DNA from: a bacterium
Lineage (GTDB): Bacteria > RBG-13-61-14 > DATKZS01
Assembly: GCA_046484135.1 (NCBI GenBank)
Contig: JAWOBU010000033.1
Span: 1-15,792, forward strand
Reading direction: 5' to 3'
Length of the DNA stretch: 15,792 bases
The translations under genes were made by a program, and so were the position numbers. This document shows, piece after piece, positions 7,308-15,792 of the stretch. Each line of letters starts with the position of its first letter. The first letter of the stretch is position 1. Below the pieces are notes generated by a model, which worked only from the letters and a program-made list of their open reading frames with translations, was not told the origin of the DNA and searched no databases.

Positions 7308-9767
7308 TTGCTTATGTCAATGCAAGTAGGTAGCAAGGCTCCCGAGGCGACCCACCAGCAACTCCGGCCCGGCTGGCGTAAACACCTCACTGCCCTCGCC
7401 ATCATCCTGGGCGTTGTGCTGCTCGGTTATACCCATCCCATAAGCGGAGAAAAAGTCTACTACTCGGATGACACCACCGACATAAACTACGTGATGCTTC
7501 GCTCGCACGTCCGGGACCTGAAAGACCACGGCTTTACCGCCTGGTGCCCGGAGCTGGGCACCGGCTTCTATCGCGCGGCAGACCCTACTTTCGCCCTCTA
7601 CTCCCCCCGGCTCGCACTGTATCTTTTGATTGATTCATATAACGCCCAGGTGGCCACCATCCTGGTTTACGCTTTCCTGGCGGGTCTGGCCGCTTATATC
7701 CTGGGGCTTTCCGTGGTCCGATCATGGTCCTGCGCCGTTTTCCTGGGCGTGGCCTGGCCCCTGGCCGGGGTCATGGCCAGCGAGGTTGGTAACATCCCCT
7801 ACTTTACATCAGCGGCATGGTATCCGTTAATTCTCGCCGCATTTCTGTCCATCCGTGACGTAAAGCTTCGTATACCCCTGACCGCGATCTGCGTATCCAT
7901 GGTCGCGGTGGAGGGCGACCTGGTGGGTTCGGGCATATCTCTTGCCGTGCTCGGTATCCTGGCTCTTGTAAGCCCGGCTTCCGGCAACAGGAAGAAGGAC
8001 CTCCTCGCACTTTTCGCCTCCGCCGCCCTGGTCGTCGGCATTACCGCGGTGATATGGATACCGGCCGCATCAGTGCTGCCCGAGTCGAGACGCGGTGCCG
8101 GCCTTCCTCTTGAAGAAGCGTTGATTTTTTCCATGCACCCTTTGCGGCTCGTGAATCTGTTTTCTCCCAGGTTCTTCGGCCAGATGTATGAAAACAGCAT
8201 CTGGATGCCGGAAATCACAAACTCACTGCGCGGCCAGGGCTTATGGTTCCAGACCGTGTACCTGGGAATGCTCGCGCCCCTTTTGCTGGTCGCGGCGCTG
8301 GCGAAAAGTCATTACCAGCGAAAGCTGGTGCTGGGCCTCATGGCCGCGGCTGCGCTGCTCTGTTTACTGGCCTTCGGGAGGTTCAATCCGCTGGTGCCTT
8401 ATATCATGGAGCAGACCCCCTTTCTCAAGGTCTTCCGCTATCCGGCCAAGCTTTTTACCTGGTCGGCTATGCTTCTGCTCGCAGCCGCGGCCATAGGTCT
8501 CCGCGAAGCATCCTCGCTTCTGTCCGAGGTGAAGACACGCAGGAAATCCGCGCTCATCACCAGCCTGATCCTCGCGGCAGCAGCAATCTCGCTCATGGCA
8601 TTGGCCGTGTCATCGGCGGACCTGTTGAAGGAACAAAGCCCGAACCCGGAAACCTCGGCAGTACGCGTATTACAGGACCTGGTCCGGCTGACCGTTTTTA
8701 CGGTCGTCATTCCTCTGCTGATTTTATTCCCAGCCTCTCTGAAAAGCTTCAGGGGAAGGCCGCTGGTGTTCCTGGTCGCGGCAATTACGGCAATGGACCT
8801 TTTAACCGCCCTTCCCGTATTTTATCTGAACCCTCGTTCCGACTTCTTCCAACCTTCGCGGATGGCCCGCCTACTGAAGCAAGAGGGGAAAGGCCGAGTG
8901 TATATAGATGACCAGACTTCTCATTACTGGAGAGCGGGACCGCGATGGGCGCTGAAATATAACTGGGGAGTTCTGGAAGATATCTCCTACACCTCCGGAG
9001 CTTATGCCACCGTGCCCGATATGATCCATGAGCTCGACGAGCCCCGGACCGTCAAGAAGCATCCCGCCCAGGTCTTCGACCTGTTAGCATTGAGGTTTGT
9101 AATAACCACTATTGAACCTGAGCGAAAGTGGCTCAAAAGGATTCTACTTGCCGGACACCTCCGGGAACTATTACGATATACCGAGCCCAACCTGCTCGTT
9201 TACGAAAGCAGCAGCGACCACCCCAGGATTTCCGTCTCCAGGAACTACAGCTTTGTCCCCACCCGCGAGACAGCCCTGGACGAGGCCTTGAAAAAGCCTT
9301 ATGACAACCCCCTTACTTTCCTGGCCCGCGAGTCGGCCTTACTGGGCGGCAGGGAGGTGCGCCCCGCTCCTGACCCGGAGGTGAGCTTGCCTTCACCAAG
9401 GAGAGCCCGGTGGAACAGGGACGAAATAATTTCTGTGCGAGAGCCACACGGGGACAAGCTTATTATTGAAACAAGGCTTCGAAAGCCCGGCCTGCTTATA
9501 ATAAGAGACTACTCGACTGAAGGATGGAGGGCACAGGTGGACGGCGAGGAAAGAGTGATCTACTATGCCGACGGCGCAAGCCGGGCCATATTCGTGGAGA
9601 GCGGGAAGCACACGGTAAAGCTTTGGTTCCGGCCCGAATCCCTTGTACTTGGCGCCTGGCTGTCCCTTGCTTTTTTCTCCCTGGCCGTCCTGTCCCTGAT
9701 CTTTGTTCCGGCGCTGACATATTTTAAAAAGACCTCCGGACGGCAAGAAATCTCTTCTGCTTCATAA
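7308..9767 (+). CDS. YfhO-like polytopic membrane protein (putative GT-C fold glycosyltransferase); start uncertain (TTG 7308, ATG 7314 or 7320)
   Basis: About 12 or more hydrophobic segments; acidic SDD after TM1, WCPELGTG, LYxP, FRYPAK, and the YfhO-type C-terminus LIIRDYSTEGWRAQVDGE..AIFVESGKHTVKLWFRP followed by a final TM helix. Confidence 0.75.
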   Translation: MLMSMQVGSKAPEATHQQLRPGWRKHLTALAIILGVVLLGYTHPISGEKVYYSDDTTDINYVMLRSHVRDLKDHGFTAWCPELGTGFYRAADPTFALYSPRLALYLLIDSYNAQVATILVYAFLAGLAAYILGLSVVRSWSCAVFLGVAWPLAGVMASEVGNIPYFTSAAWYPLILAAFLSIRDVKLRIPLTAICVSMVAVEGDLVGSGISLAVLGILALVSPASGNRKKDLLALFASAALVVGITAVIWIPAASVLPESRRGAGLPLEEALIFSMHPLRLVNLFSPRFFGQMYENSIWMPEITNSLRGQGLWFQTVYLGMLAPLLLVAALAKSHYQRKLVLGLMAAAALLCLLAFGRFNPLVPYIMEQTPFLKVFRYPAKLFTWSAMLLLAAAAIGLREASSLLSEVKTRRKSALITSLILAAAAISLMALAVSSADLLKEQSPNPETSAVRVLQDLVRLTVFTVVIPLLILFPASLKSFRGRPLVFLVAAITAMDLLTALPVFYLNPRSDFFQPSRMARLLKQEGKGRVYIDDQTSHYWRAGPRWALKYNWGVLEDISYTSGAYATVPDMIHELDEPRTVKKHPAQVFDLLALRFVITTIEPERKWLKRILLAGHLRELLRYTEPNLLVYESSSDHPRISVSRNYSFVPTRETALDEALKKPYDNPLTFLARESALLGGREVRPAPDPEVSLPSPRRARWNRDEIISVREPHGDKLIIETRLRKPGLLIIRDYSTEGWRAQVDGEERVIYYADGASRAIFVESGKHTVKLWFRPESLVLGAWLSLAFFSLAVLSLIFVPALTYFKKTSGRQEISSAS

Positions 9768-9801
9768 GCTCTTTCGTTGGACCGATTCATCTTTACCGGT
9801 T

Positions 9802-9829
9802 TTGATTACAAGGCCCCCTCTGCTATACT
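9802..9829 (+). promoter_or_regulatory. Putative sigma70 promoter for kdsB
   Basis: TTGATT (9802-9807) - 16 nt - TATACT (9824-9829) with extended -10 TGc, 25 nt before the kdsB ATG. Confidence 0.6.
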
Positions 9830-9854
9830 TTCATTCCGACAGGATGCCCAGACG

Positions 9855-10637
9855 ATGAAAGTAGTAGCTATCATTCCCGCCCGGTACTCTTCAGCCCGAT
9901 TTCCAGGCAAGGTCGTGACCCCGATCGCCGGAAAGCCCATGATCCAGCGAGTATGGGAAAGGGCCAGCCAGGCAAAAGGGGTTGAAGAGGTTATCGTGGC
10001 CACTGATGACGACAAAGTGCAGAAAGCCGTCACCGGCTTCGGGGGAAAGTGTATAATGACTTCTTCCGAGTGCCGGAGCGGGACGGAGAGATGCGCGGAG
10101 GCCGCGGACAAAATCTCCGCGGACATCGTCATCAACGTGCAGGGAGACGAACCGCTTATAAACCCCCGTAGCCTCGAGCTCCTCATCAGTCCTTTCCGGG
10201 AGGACGACCGGTTGGGAATGGCGACCCTGAGATATCCGATCAAGTCCTATGAGGCTTTTGTAAACCCGAACATCGTCAAAGTCATCTGCGATGAACAGGA
10301 CCACGCGCTCTACTTCTCCAGGCTGTCCATACCCTACTTCCGCGAGAAGCAGGACTTGTTGCAGGAGTGGGCAGAGACCGGCGAAAGGCCTGCCGAGCTT
10401 CTTCCCGTGCCCATGAAACATATCGGGGTTTATGCTTACCGGGAAAGCTTTCTCCAGGCATTGACCAGGCTGCCCCGCACCGACCTGGAAGCGGCCGAGC
10501 TTCTCGAGCAGCTACGCGTCCTGGCCTGGGGCTTTAAAATCAAGGTGGTCCCCACTTCCCACGACTCCATGGGTGTGGACATAAAAGAGGACGTTCAGAA
10601 GGTAGAAGAAACTATTGCTAAAGAAGGTATTCCTTGA
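9855..10637 (+). CDS. kdsB: 3-deoxy-manno-octulosonate cytidylyltransferase (CMP-Kdo synthetase)
   Basis: IIPARYSSARFPGK, VATDD, SGTER, INVQGDEP, ALYFSR, HIGVYAY, LEQLR motifs; start taken at ATG 9855 (MKVVAIIPAR), not TTG 9777. Confidence 0.96.
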   Translation: MKVVAIIPARYSSARFPGKVVTPIAGKPMIQRVWERASQAKGVEEVIVATDDDKVQKAVTGFGGKCIMTSSECRSGTERCAEAADKISADIVINVQGDEPLINPRSLELLISPFREDDRLGMATLRYPIKSYEAFVNPNIVKVICDEQDHALYFSRLSIPYFREKQDLLQEWAETGERPAELLPVPMKHIGVYAYRESFLQALTRLPRTDLEAAELLEQLRVLAWGFKIKVVPTSHDSMGVDIKEDVQKVEETIAKEGIP

Positions 10638-10743
10638 AACCCGTCCTCCGGTTATAATAGCAACGACTTGCAGGTTTGAGATGAGGACTGCAAGCCGGCC
10701 GGCGGGAGTGATCTGAAAAAGCCGGCCAAGAGCGGGGATAACG

Positions 10744-12459
10744 ATGTCCATGGTAGAGAAAGAGCGCAAGAACAAGTTTATTTTCGTAACCGGGGGAGTC
10801 GTATCCAGCCTGGGCAAGGGCCTGTCCGCCGCCTGTATCGGCGCCCTGCTCGAGGCCCGCGGGCTGAAAGTGAGCCTCTCCAAGCTGGACCCCTACATCA
10901 ACGTGGACCCGGGGACCATGAACCCCTTTCAGCACGGCGAGGTCTTTGTTACAGACGACGGGGCCGAAACCGACCTGGACCTCGGTCATTACGAAAGATT
11001 CACCAACGCCCGGCTCTCCAGGCGCAACAACTGCACCACCGGACAGGTCTATGAAACCGTGATCCGGAAAGAACGTCAGGGCAAGTACCTGGGCGAGACC
11101 ATCCAGGTGATCCCCCACATCACCGACGAGATCAAAAACCGCATCCGGGAAGCGGCCGGCAAAACGGACATAGCCATCATCGAGATCGGCGGAACAGTCG
11201 GCGACATCGAGAGCCTTCCCTTCATGGAGGCCATCCGCCAGTTCCAGTTCGACGTGGGACCAGAGCACTGCTGCTACGTGCACGTGACCCTGGTTCCCTA
11301 CATCAACGCCGCGGGAGAGCTTAAAACCAAGCCCACCCAGCACAGCGTCAACAAGCTCCAGGAGATCGGAATCCGCCCGGACATCCTGATCTGCCGCACC
11401 GAACAGCCACTCGACATGAAGCTTAAAAACAAGATCGCGCTCTTCTGCAACGTCCGGGCCTCCCGAGTGGTCTCCGCGGAAGACGCAGCCACTATCTATG
11501 AAGTGCCGCTCATGCTCCACAAGCAAGGACTGGACAGCCAGGTGGTGGACGTGCTCGGCATATGGACCGGCGAGCCCAAGCTGAGCCAGTGGGAAAAAAT
11601 CTCCGCCCGCGTAAAAGACCCCAAGGACGTGGTCAAGATAGCCATCGTGGGAAAGTACATAGACCTGACCGAGTCCTACAAAAGCCTGAACGAAGCACTG
11701 GCCCACGGCGGCATCGGGAACAACTGCCGCGTGAACCTCAAGTTTGTGGACTCCGAAAAGATCGAAGAAGGGGCGTCCTTGAAAGAGCTTCTGGGAGACT
11801 GCAACGGCATTCTCGTACCGGGCGGCTTTGGCCAGCGAGGAACGGAAGGAAAAATCAAGGCCATCCAGTACGCCCGCGAAAAGAAAATACCCTACTTCGG
11901 CATCTGTCTCGGAATGCAGCTCGCCACCGTCGAGTTCGCCCGCAACGTGGCCGGCTTAAAAGGCGCCAACTCCACCGAGTTCGATTCGGAGACCGCACAC
12001 CCGGTCATCCTCCTAATGCAAGAGCAGGAGTATATAAGACAGCTTGGCGGGACCATGCGGCTGGGAGCGTGGAGCTGTTCCCTCAAGAACAGCACCCAGG
12101 CCATGAGGGCCTACGGCACTTCCGAGATATCAGAACGACATCGCCACCGATACGAGTTCAATAACGACTACCGGGAAAAGCTCTGCAAAAAAGGACTCCG
12201 CTTGACCGGCTTGACGCCGGACGGACTGCTGGTGGAAGTGATCGAGCTCGACCGGAAGAAACACCCCTGGTTCCTGGGATGCCAGTTCCACCCCGAGTTC
12301 AAGTCAAGGCCCTGGGAGCCGCATCCATTGTTCCAGGAGTTCATCCGGGCCGCCAAGAGCTACAAAAAAGGCGCGCCTTCAGTGAAAAAGCCGGCCCAAA
12401 AAACGGCCGCCAAAAAGTCGGCCAAAAGAAAAACCAAAAGCGCCGCGAAAAGAAAGTGA
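10744..12459 (+). CDS. pyrG: CTP synthase with a Lys/Ala-rich C-terminal extension
   Basis: [71 protein letters not shown] motifs. ATG 10750 is an alternative start. Confidence 0.98.
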   Translation: MSMVEKERKNKFIFVTGGVVSSLGKGLSAACIGALLEARGLKVSLSKLDPYINVDPGTMNPFQHGEVFVTDDGAETDLDLGHYERFTNARLSRRNNCTTGQVYETVIRKERQGKYLGETIQVIPHITDEIKNRIREAAGKTDIAIIEIGGTVGDIESLPFMEAIRQFQFDVGPEHCCYVHVTLVPYINAAGELKTKPTQHSVNKLQEIGIRPDILICRTEQPLDMKLKNKIALFCNVRASRVVSAEDAATIYEVPLMLHKQGLDSQVVDVLGIWTGEPKLSQWEKISARVKDPKDVVKIAIVGKYIDLTESYKSLNEALAHGGIGNNCRVNLKFVDSEKIEEGASLKELLGDCNGILVPGGFGQRGTEGKIKAIQYAREKKIPYFGICLGMQLATVEFARNVAGLKGANSTEFDSETAHPVILLMQEQEYIRQLGGTMRLGAWSCSLKNSTQAMRAYGTSEISERHRHRYEFNNDYREKLCKKGLRLTGLTPDGLLVEVIELDRKKHPWFLGCQFHPEFKSRPWEPHPLFQEFIRAAKSYKKGAPSVKKPAQKTAAKKSAKRKTKSAAKRK

Positions 12460-13295
12460 TGCAACAGCCACGAACCCGCGCCATTGACCTGCCGGATTTC
12501 TCCATCGGCGGAGGAGCCCCGCTCGTACTCATCGCCGGGCCCTGCGTAATCGAGTCTTACGAGCTGCTACTTAAAACAGCTTACTCTCTTCAAGAGATCA
12601 CCGCTAAGCTGGGAGTGCCCTGGATACTGAAGTCAAGCTATGACAAAGCCAACCGCTCCGGCATCAACTCCTTTCGCGGACCGGGCCTTGATGAGGGACT
12701 GGCTCTTCTGGAAAAAGCCAAGCGCGAAACCGGCGCTCCCGTCCTATCCGACGTGCACGAGACCGCCCAGGTGGAGCCGGCCTCACAAGTCCTGGACATC
12801 ATCCAGATTCCAGCCTTCCTGTGCAGACAGACCGACCTGCTCGTGGCCGCTGGCAAATCCGGCAAGCCCGTCAACATAAAAAAGGGCCAGTTCATGGCGC
12901 CGGCCGACATGCAAAACGCCGCGGCCAAGGTGGAATCTACGGGAAACCGTCATATCCTCATTACGGAAAGAGGAACGAGCTTCGGGTACCATAACCTGGT
13001 GGTGGACATGCGGTCGCTGGGCATCATCCGGAAATCAGGATACCCCGCGGTCTTCGACGCCACCCACTCCGTACAGCTCCCGGCCGCACAAGGACAGGCT
13101 TCCGGAGGAGAACGCGAGTTCGTGCCCCTGCTCACACGCGCCGCAGTGGCCGCGGGAGTGGACGCCATCTTCATGGAGGTCCATCCCGATCCGGAAAACG
13201 CGCTGTGCGACGGGCCCAACTCCATCCTGCTTTCGGAGCTCGAGCCGCTTTTAAAAACGCTCCTCGAAATTGATCGGGCGACGAAGGAAACATGA
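12459..13295 (+). CDS. kdsA: 3-deoxy-8-phosphooctulonate (Kdo8P) synthase, probably the metal-dependent class
   Basis: IAGPCVIES (Cys typical of the metal-dependent class), KSSYDKANRS, QIPAFLCRQTDL, KKGQF, ERG, FDATHSVQ, EVHPDP; ATG overlaps the pyrG stop (TGATG). Confidence 0.97.
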   Translation: MQQPRTRAIDLPDFSIGGGAPLVLIAGPCVIESYELLLKTAYSLQEITAKLGVPWILKSSYDKANRSGINSFRGPGLDEGLALLEKAKRETGAPVLSDVHETAQVEPASQVLDIIQIPAFLCRQTDLLVAAGKSGKPVNIKKGQFMAPADMQNAAAKVESTGNRHILITERGTSFGYHNLVVDMRSLGIIRKSGYPAVFDATHSVQLPAAQGQASGGEREFVPLLTRAAVAAGVDAIFMEVHPDPENALCDGPNSILLSELEPLLKTLLEIDRATKET

Positions 13296-14254
13296 GTATC
13301 GAAAGAGCCAGAAGAGTCCTTCTGACCGAGGCCCGCGCCATCTCCGAGCTGGCGGACAGGATAGACGACTCTTTTGTCCGGGCCGTCGAGATCATGCTGG
13401 CATGTTCCGGCAAGGTCATCGTGGCCGGCATCGGCAAGTCCGGCCTGGTGGGAAGGAAAATCGCCGCCACCCTGGCCAGCACCGGCACTCCCGCTTTTTT
13501 CATTCATCCGGCGGAAGGCGTCCACGGCGACGTGGGAATGGTCGGGGAAAACGACATCGTGCTCCTGCTGTCCAACAGCGGCGAGACCGAGGAACTCATC
13601 TCGCTGGTCCCGGCCTTCAAGCGACTGGGCTTGCCTGTAATCGGGCTTCTGGGAAACAAAAGCTCTCGACTGGCCAGGTCAGCGGACATAGTGATTGACG
13701 TAAGCGTAAGCGAAGAGGCGTGTCCTTTAAAGCTCGCGCCCACCGCCAGCACCACCGCAACCATGGCCATGGGAGATGCGCTTGCCTTGACGCTCCTCCA
13801 GCGCCGGGGCTTTACCGAAGAGGACTTCGCCAGGCTTCATCCTTCCGGAACGCTGGGCAAGAAGCTTCTCCTGCGTGTGTCCGATCTCATGCACACGGGC
13901 GAAAAACTCCCCCTGGTCAAAACCGGCACCCCCTTCAAGGACCTTGTCTACGAGATGAGCTCGAAGATGCTGGGCCATGCCATAGTCGCGGACGGCGACA
14001 AAGTGCTGGGAATCATAAGCGACGGAGATATCCGGCGGGCCTTTGAAAAAGAGAAAGACCTGATGAGCTTGACCGCACAAGACATCATGAGCCGGGGCCC
14101 GAAATGGATGCGGCCGGACAACCTGGCGGAGGAAGCGTTGCGCAAGATGGAGAAGAACTCCATAACCTCGCTGGTGGTCTGTAGTGATGACAAGGGCGAG
14201 AAGCTGGCGGGTATCATCCACCTTCACGACCTGCTCCGGGCGGGAGTGGTATAG
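13292..14254 (+). CDS. kdsD: Arabinose-5-phosphate isomerase (KpsF/GutQ family, SIS + CBS domains)
   Basis: GIGKSG, LASTGTPAFFIHP, HGDVG, SNSGET, APTASTT, HPSGTLG motifs and two CBS domains; ATGA overlap with kdsA. Confidence 0.96.
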   Translation: MSIERARRVLLTEARAISELADRIDDSFVRAVEIMLACSGKVIVAGIGKSGLVGRKIAATLASTGTPAFFIHPAEGVHGDVGMVGENDIVLLLSNSGETEELISLVPAFKRLGLPVIGLLGNKSSRLARSADIVIDVSVSEEACPLKLAPTASTTATMAMGDALALTLLQRRGFTEEDFARLHPSGTLGKKLLLRVSDLMHTGEKLPLVKTGTPFKDLVYEMSSKMLGHAIVADGDKVLGIISDGDIRRAFEKEKDLMSLTAQDIMSRGPKWMRPDNLAEEALRKMEKNSITSLVVCSDDKGEKLAGIIHLHDLLRAGVV

Positions 14255-14266
14255 CTTGATAAAGGA

Positions 14267-14479
14267 ATGACCGGCATGAAGACAGTAGCCTTGGTGGTGT
14301 TAGCAGTCGGGTTGGGAGGGGCGCTTGCCGGCGTGCTGGCCTTTTACGCAACCGGAGTCCTGGTACCGGACGTAAAAATCCAGGCGGTCACGGGCGGGCT
14401 CTTCGCGGTGATTGTTCCTCTCGCCATCATCATCCACATCTATCCCCGCCTGGCGGGCAGAAAGCCGGACGACTCCTGA
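14267..14479 (+). CDS. Small hypothetical membrane protein (two predicted TM helices)
   Basis: 70-aa ORF filling the gap after kdsD; two hydrophobic stretches (VALVVLAVGLGGALAGVLAFYA; GGLFAVIVPLAIIIHIY); AAGGA upstream; ATG 14276 is an alternative start. Confidence 0.6.
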   Translation: MTGMKTVALVVLAVGLGGALAGVLAFYATGVLVPDVKIQAVTGGLFAVIVPLAIIIHIYPRLAGRKPDDS

Positions 14480-14489
14480 TCCCTCGGTT

Positions 14490-15419
14490 TCAGGGCCTTT
14501 TCATCTTTATAGCCGCGGGCAATATCTCGAAAGAAGCGGGCAGCATGCCGGGCTGCTCCCCGTCCACGTCAAGCAGGACCCTCTCTTCCGACTCTGCAAC
14601 CACCCTCTTCGCCCGGAAGCTCTCGACCTTGTCCATCTTCATGTGGCTGCCATCGTAAATCCGCCTCGTGAGCTTGAGCTCCTCCCTGAAGCTGAAGTCG
14701 CCCAGAATTGCCACATCGAAAAGACCGTCGTCCATGACCGCCTCCGGCGCAGTGCGCATACCGGCGCCGAAGTACTGGCCGTTGGCCACCGCCACGTTAA
14801 AAACCCGCCGGGTCATCTGCTCTCCCTCGTCCATAGAGAGCCGCACCGTCTTGTTCCTGTAAGCGAGAGTTCCCCGCAGGGACGCCCATAAAAAGGAAAT
14901 CCTTCCGCCCAGGAGTTTGCTGGTGTTGTTCACCCGCTCGTCCACTTCTCCGGCCACTCCGAAGCTGGCTATGTTTATAAAGTAGCGGCCGACATCACTG
15001 CCCTGGTGATCTCGGAACCTCATGTATCCCACGTCCGTGGGCTTTGCATCACGGCCCTCCAGCATGGGCACCGCGCTTTGAAAATCACGCGGTATGCAGA
15101 CCGTGCGGATCAGGTCCGAGCCGGTGCCCGAGCATACCACCGCCAAGACCGCGTCCGGGTTTATCGGCTTGCCGTCCTCGAAGAAACCGTTTACCACCTC
15201 GTTGTTGGTCCCGTCTCCTCCCAGGCTGGTAATCATTTCGTAACCCGACTTGATGGCCTCGCGCGTGAGCTCCACTGCGTGCCCTTGCTCCTCTGTAAGA
15301 CCAAACCCGATCGTGCCCAGGTGCTTCTCCGCCAACGCCCTGATCTCCGGCCACAGCCTGCCGGTGCGGCGGTTGGCCGAATGAGGGTTCACCACGAAGT
15401 AGGTACTGTAGTTATCCAT
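14490..15419 (-). CDS. Diacylglycerol/lipid kinase family protein (YegS/Rv2252/BmrU)
   Basis: VVNPHSA, GGDGT, SGTGSD, FINIASFG, VANGQYFGAG, DDG, VDGE motifs; GAGGAG RBS. Confidence 0.92.
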   Translation of the reverse strand: MDNYSTYFVVNPHSANRRTGRLWPEIRALAEKHLGTIGFGLTEEQGHAVELTREAIKSGYEMITSLGGDGTNNEVVNGFFEDGKPINPDAVLAVVCSGTGSDLIRTVCIPRDFQSAVPMLEGRDAKPTDVGYMRFRDHQGSDVGRYFINIASFGVAGEVDERVNNTSKLLGGRISFLWASLRGTLAYRNKTVRLSMDEGEQMTRRVFNVAVANGQYFGAGMRTAPEAVMDDGLFDVAILGDFSFREELKLTRRIYDGSHMKMDKVESFRAKRVVAESEERVLLDVDGEQPGMLPASFEILPAAIKMKRP

Positions 15420-15442
15420 CTGGGCTCCTCATACAGCAAAGC

Positions 15443-15792
15443 TTACTTTTCCACGGACTCGATGAGCGAAAGCAGAAGCCGGGTCCCCTTGGCCGAAGGG
15501 CCGGCGGAAAGATAGGGACCTGCCTTGGGAGTCCACATCACCGAGGCTATGTCCAGGTGGGCCCAAGCGGTGTCGCCCACGAACTGCTTTAAGAACATGC
15601 CCCCTACTATGGTCCCGGCTTCCTTGCGCGTTGACGTGTTGATCATGTCCGCCACCTGCGACTCGATAAGCTCTTCGTACTCGTCCCACAAAGGAAGGAG
15701 CCACGTCCGCTCGCCGGTGGTGAGGGCGGCCGCGCCCACTTTTCCCAAAAGCTCCTCGTTGTTGCCCATGAGCCCGATGGCCTGGCTTCCCA
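15443..15792 (-). CDS. pepA: Leucyl aminopeptidase (peptidase M17), C-terminal part; gene starts beyond the window end
   Basis: GERTWLLPLWDEY, SQVADMIN, AGTIVGGMFLKQFV, WAHLDIA, GTRLL motifs; frame open to the window edge. Confidence 0.93.
   Translation of the reverse strand, partial: GSQAIGLMGNNEELLGKVGAAALTTGERTWLLPLWDEYEELIESQVADMINTSTRKEAGTIVGGMFLKQFVGDTAWAHLDIASVMWTPKAGPYLSAGPSAKGTRLLLSLIESVEK

Noticed and set aside
9777..9854. N-terminal extension of KdsB from TTG 9777
   Set aside because: The region holds a good promoter match and KdsB homology begins at ATG 9855.
10634..10658. TTGAAA...TATAAT as a complete sigma70 promoter
   Set aside because: The spacer is only 13 nt; only the -10 hexamer is credible, so it is not listed as a feature.
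10618..11706. 362-aa antisense ORF over pyrG
   Set aside because: Shadow ORF opposite a highly conserved gene.
12279..12458. 60-aa N-terminal extension of KdsA
   Set aside because: Overlaps the pyrG 3' end; the TGATG coupling at 12457-12461 gives the natural start.
1..15792. CRISPR arrays, tRNA/rRNA genes, IS elements, integron attC sites
   Set aside because: None seen by eye; intergenic gaps are short and show no regular repeat-spacer pattern, cloverleaf, transposase or integrase.

Overview
GC-rich, probably anaerobic deltaproteobacterial-type (Desulfobacterota-like) chromosomal segment; the taxonomy is inferred from gene content only. (1) 1-5346: a + strand redox operon. It has a 5'-truncated giant HdrL-type flavoprotein (GltD/NfnB-like NAD(P)H domain plus two HdrA modules), then an MvhD/FlpD whose two predicted ORFs are really one selenoprotein read through an in-frame TGA (3456-3458) with a SECIS-like hairpin, then metV and metF, then an intrinsic terminator. 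This is a candidate electron-bifurcating methylene-THF reductase complex. (2) 5427-7195: an AT-richer two-gene insert on the - strand, an ABC-type AAA_21 ATPase plus a DUF4276-like TOPRIM-type protein, a candidate uncharacterised anti-phage/conflict system. (3) 7308-14479: a YfhO-like membrane protein, then kdsB-pyrG-kdsA-kdsD and a small membrane protein; PyrG carries a histone-H1-like basic tail and a structured leader. (4) 14490-15792: a - strand lipid kinase and the 3' part of an M17 leucyl aminopeptidase.
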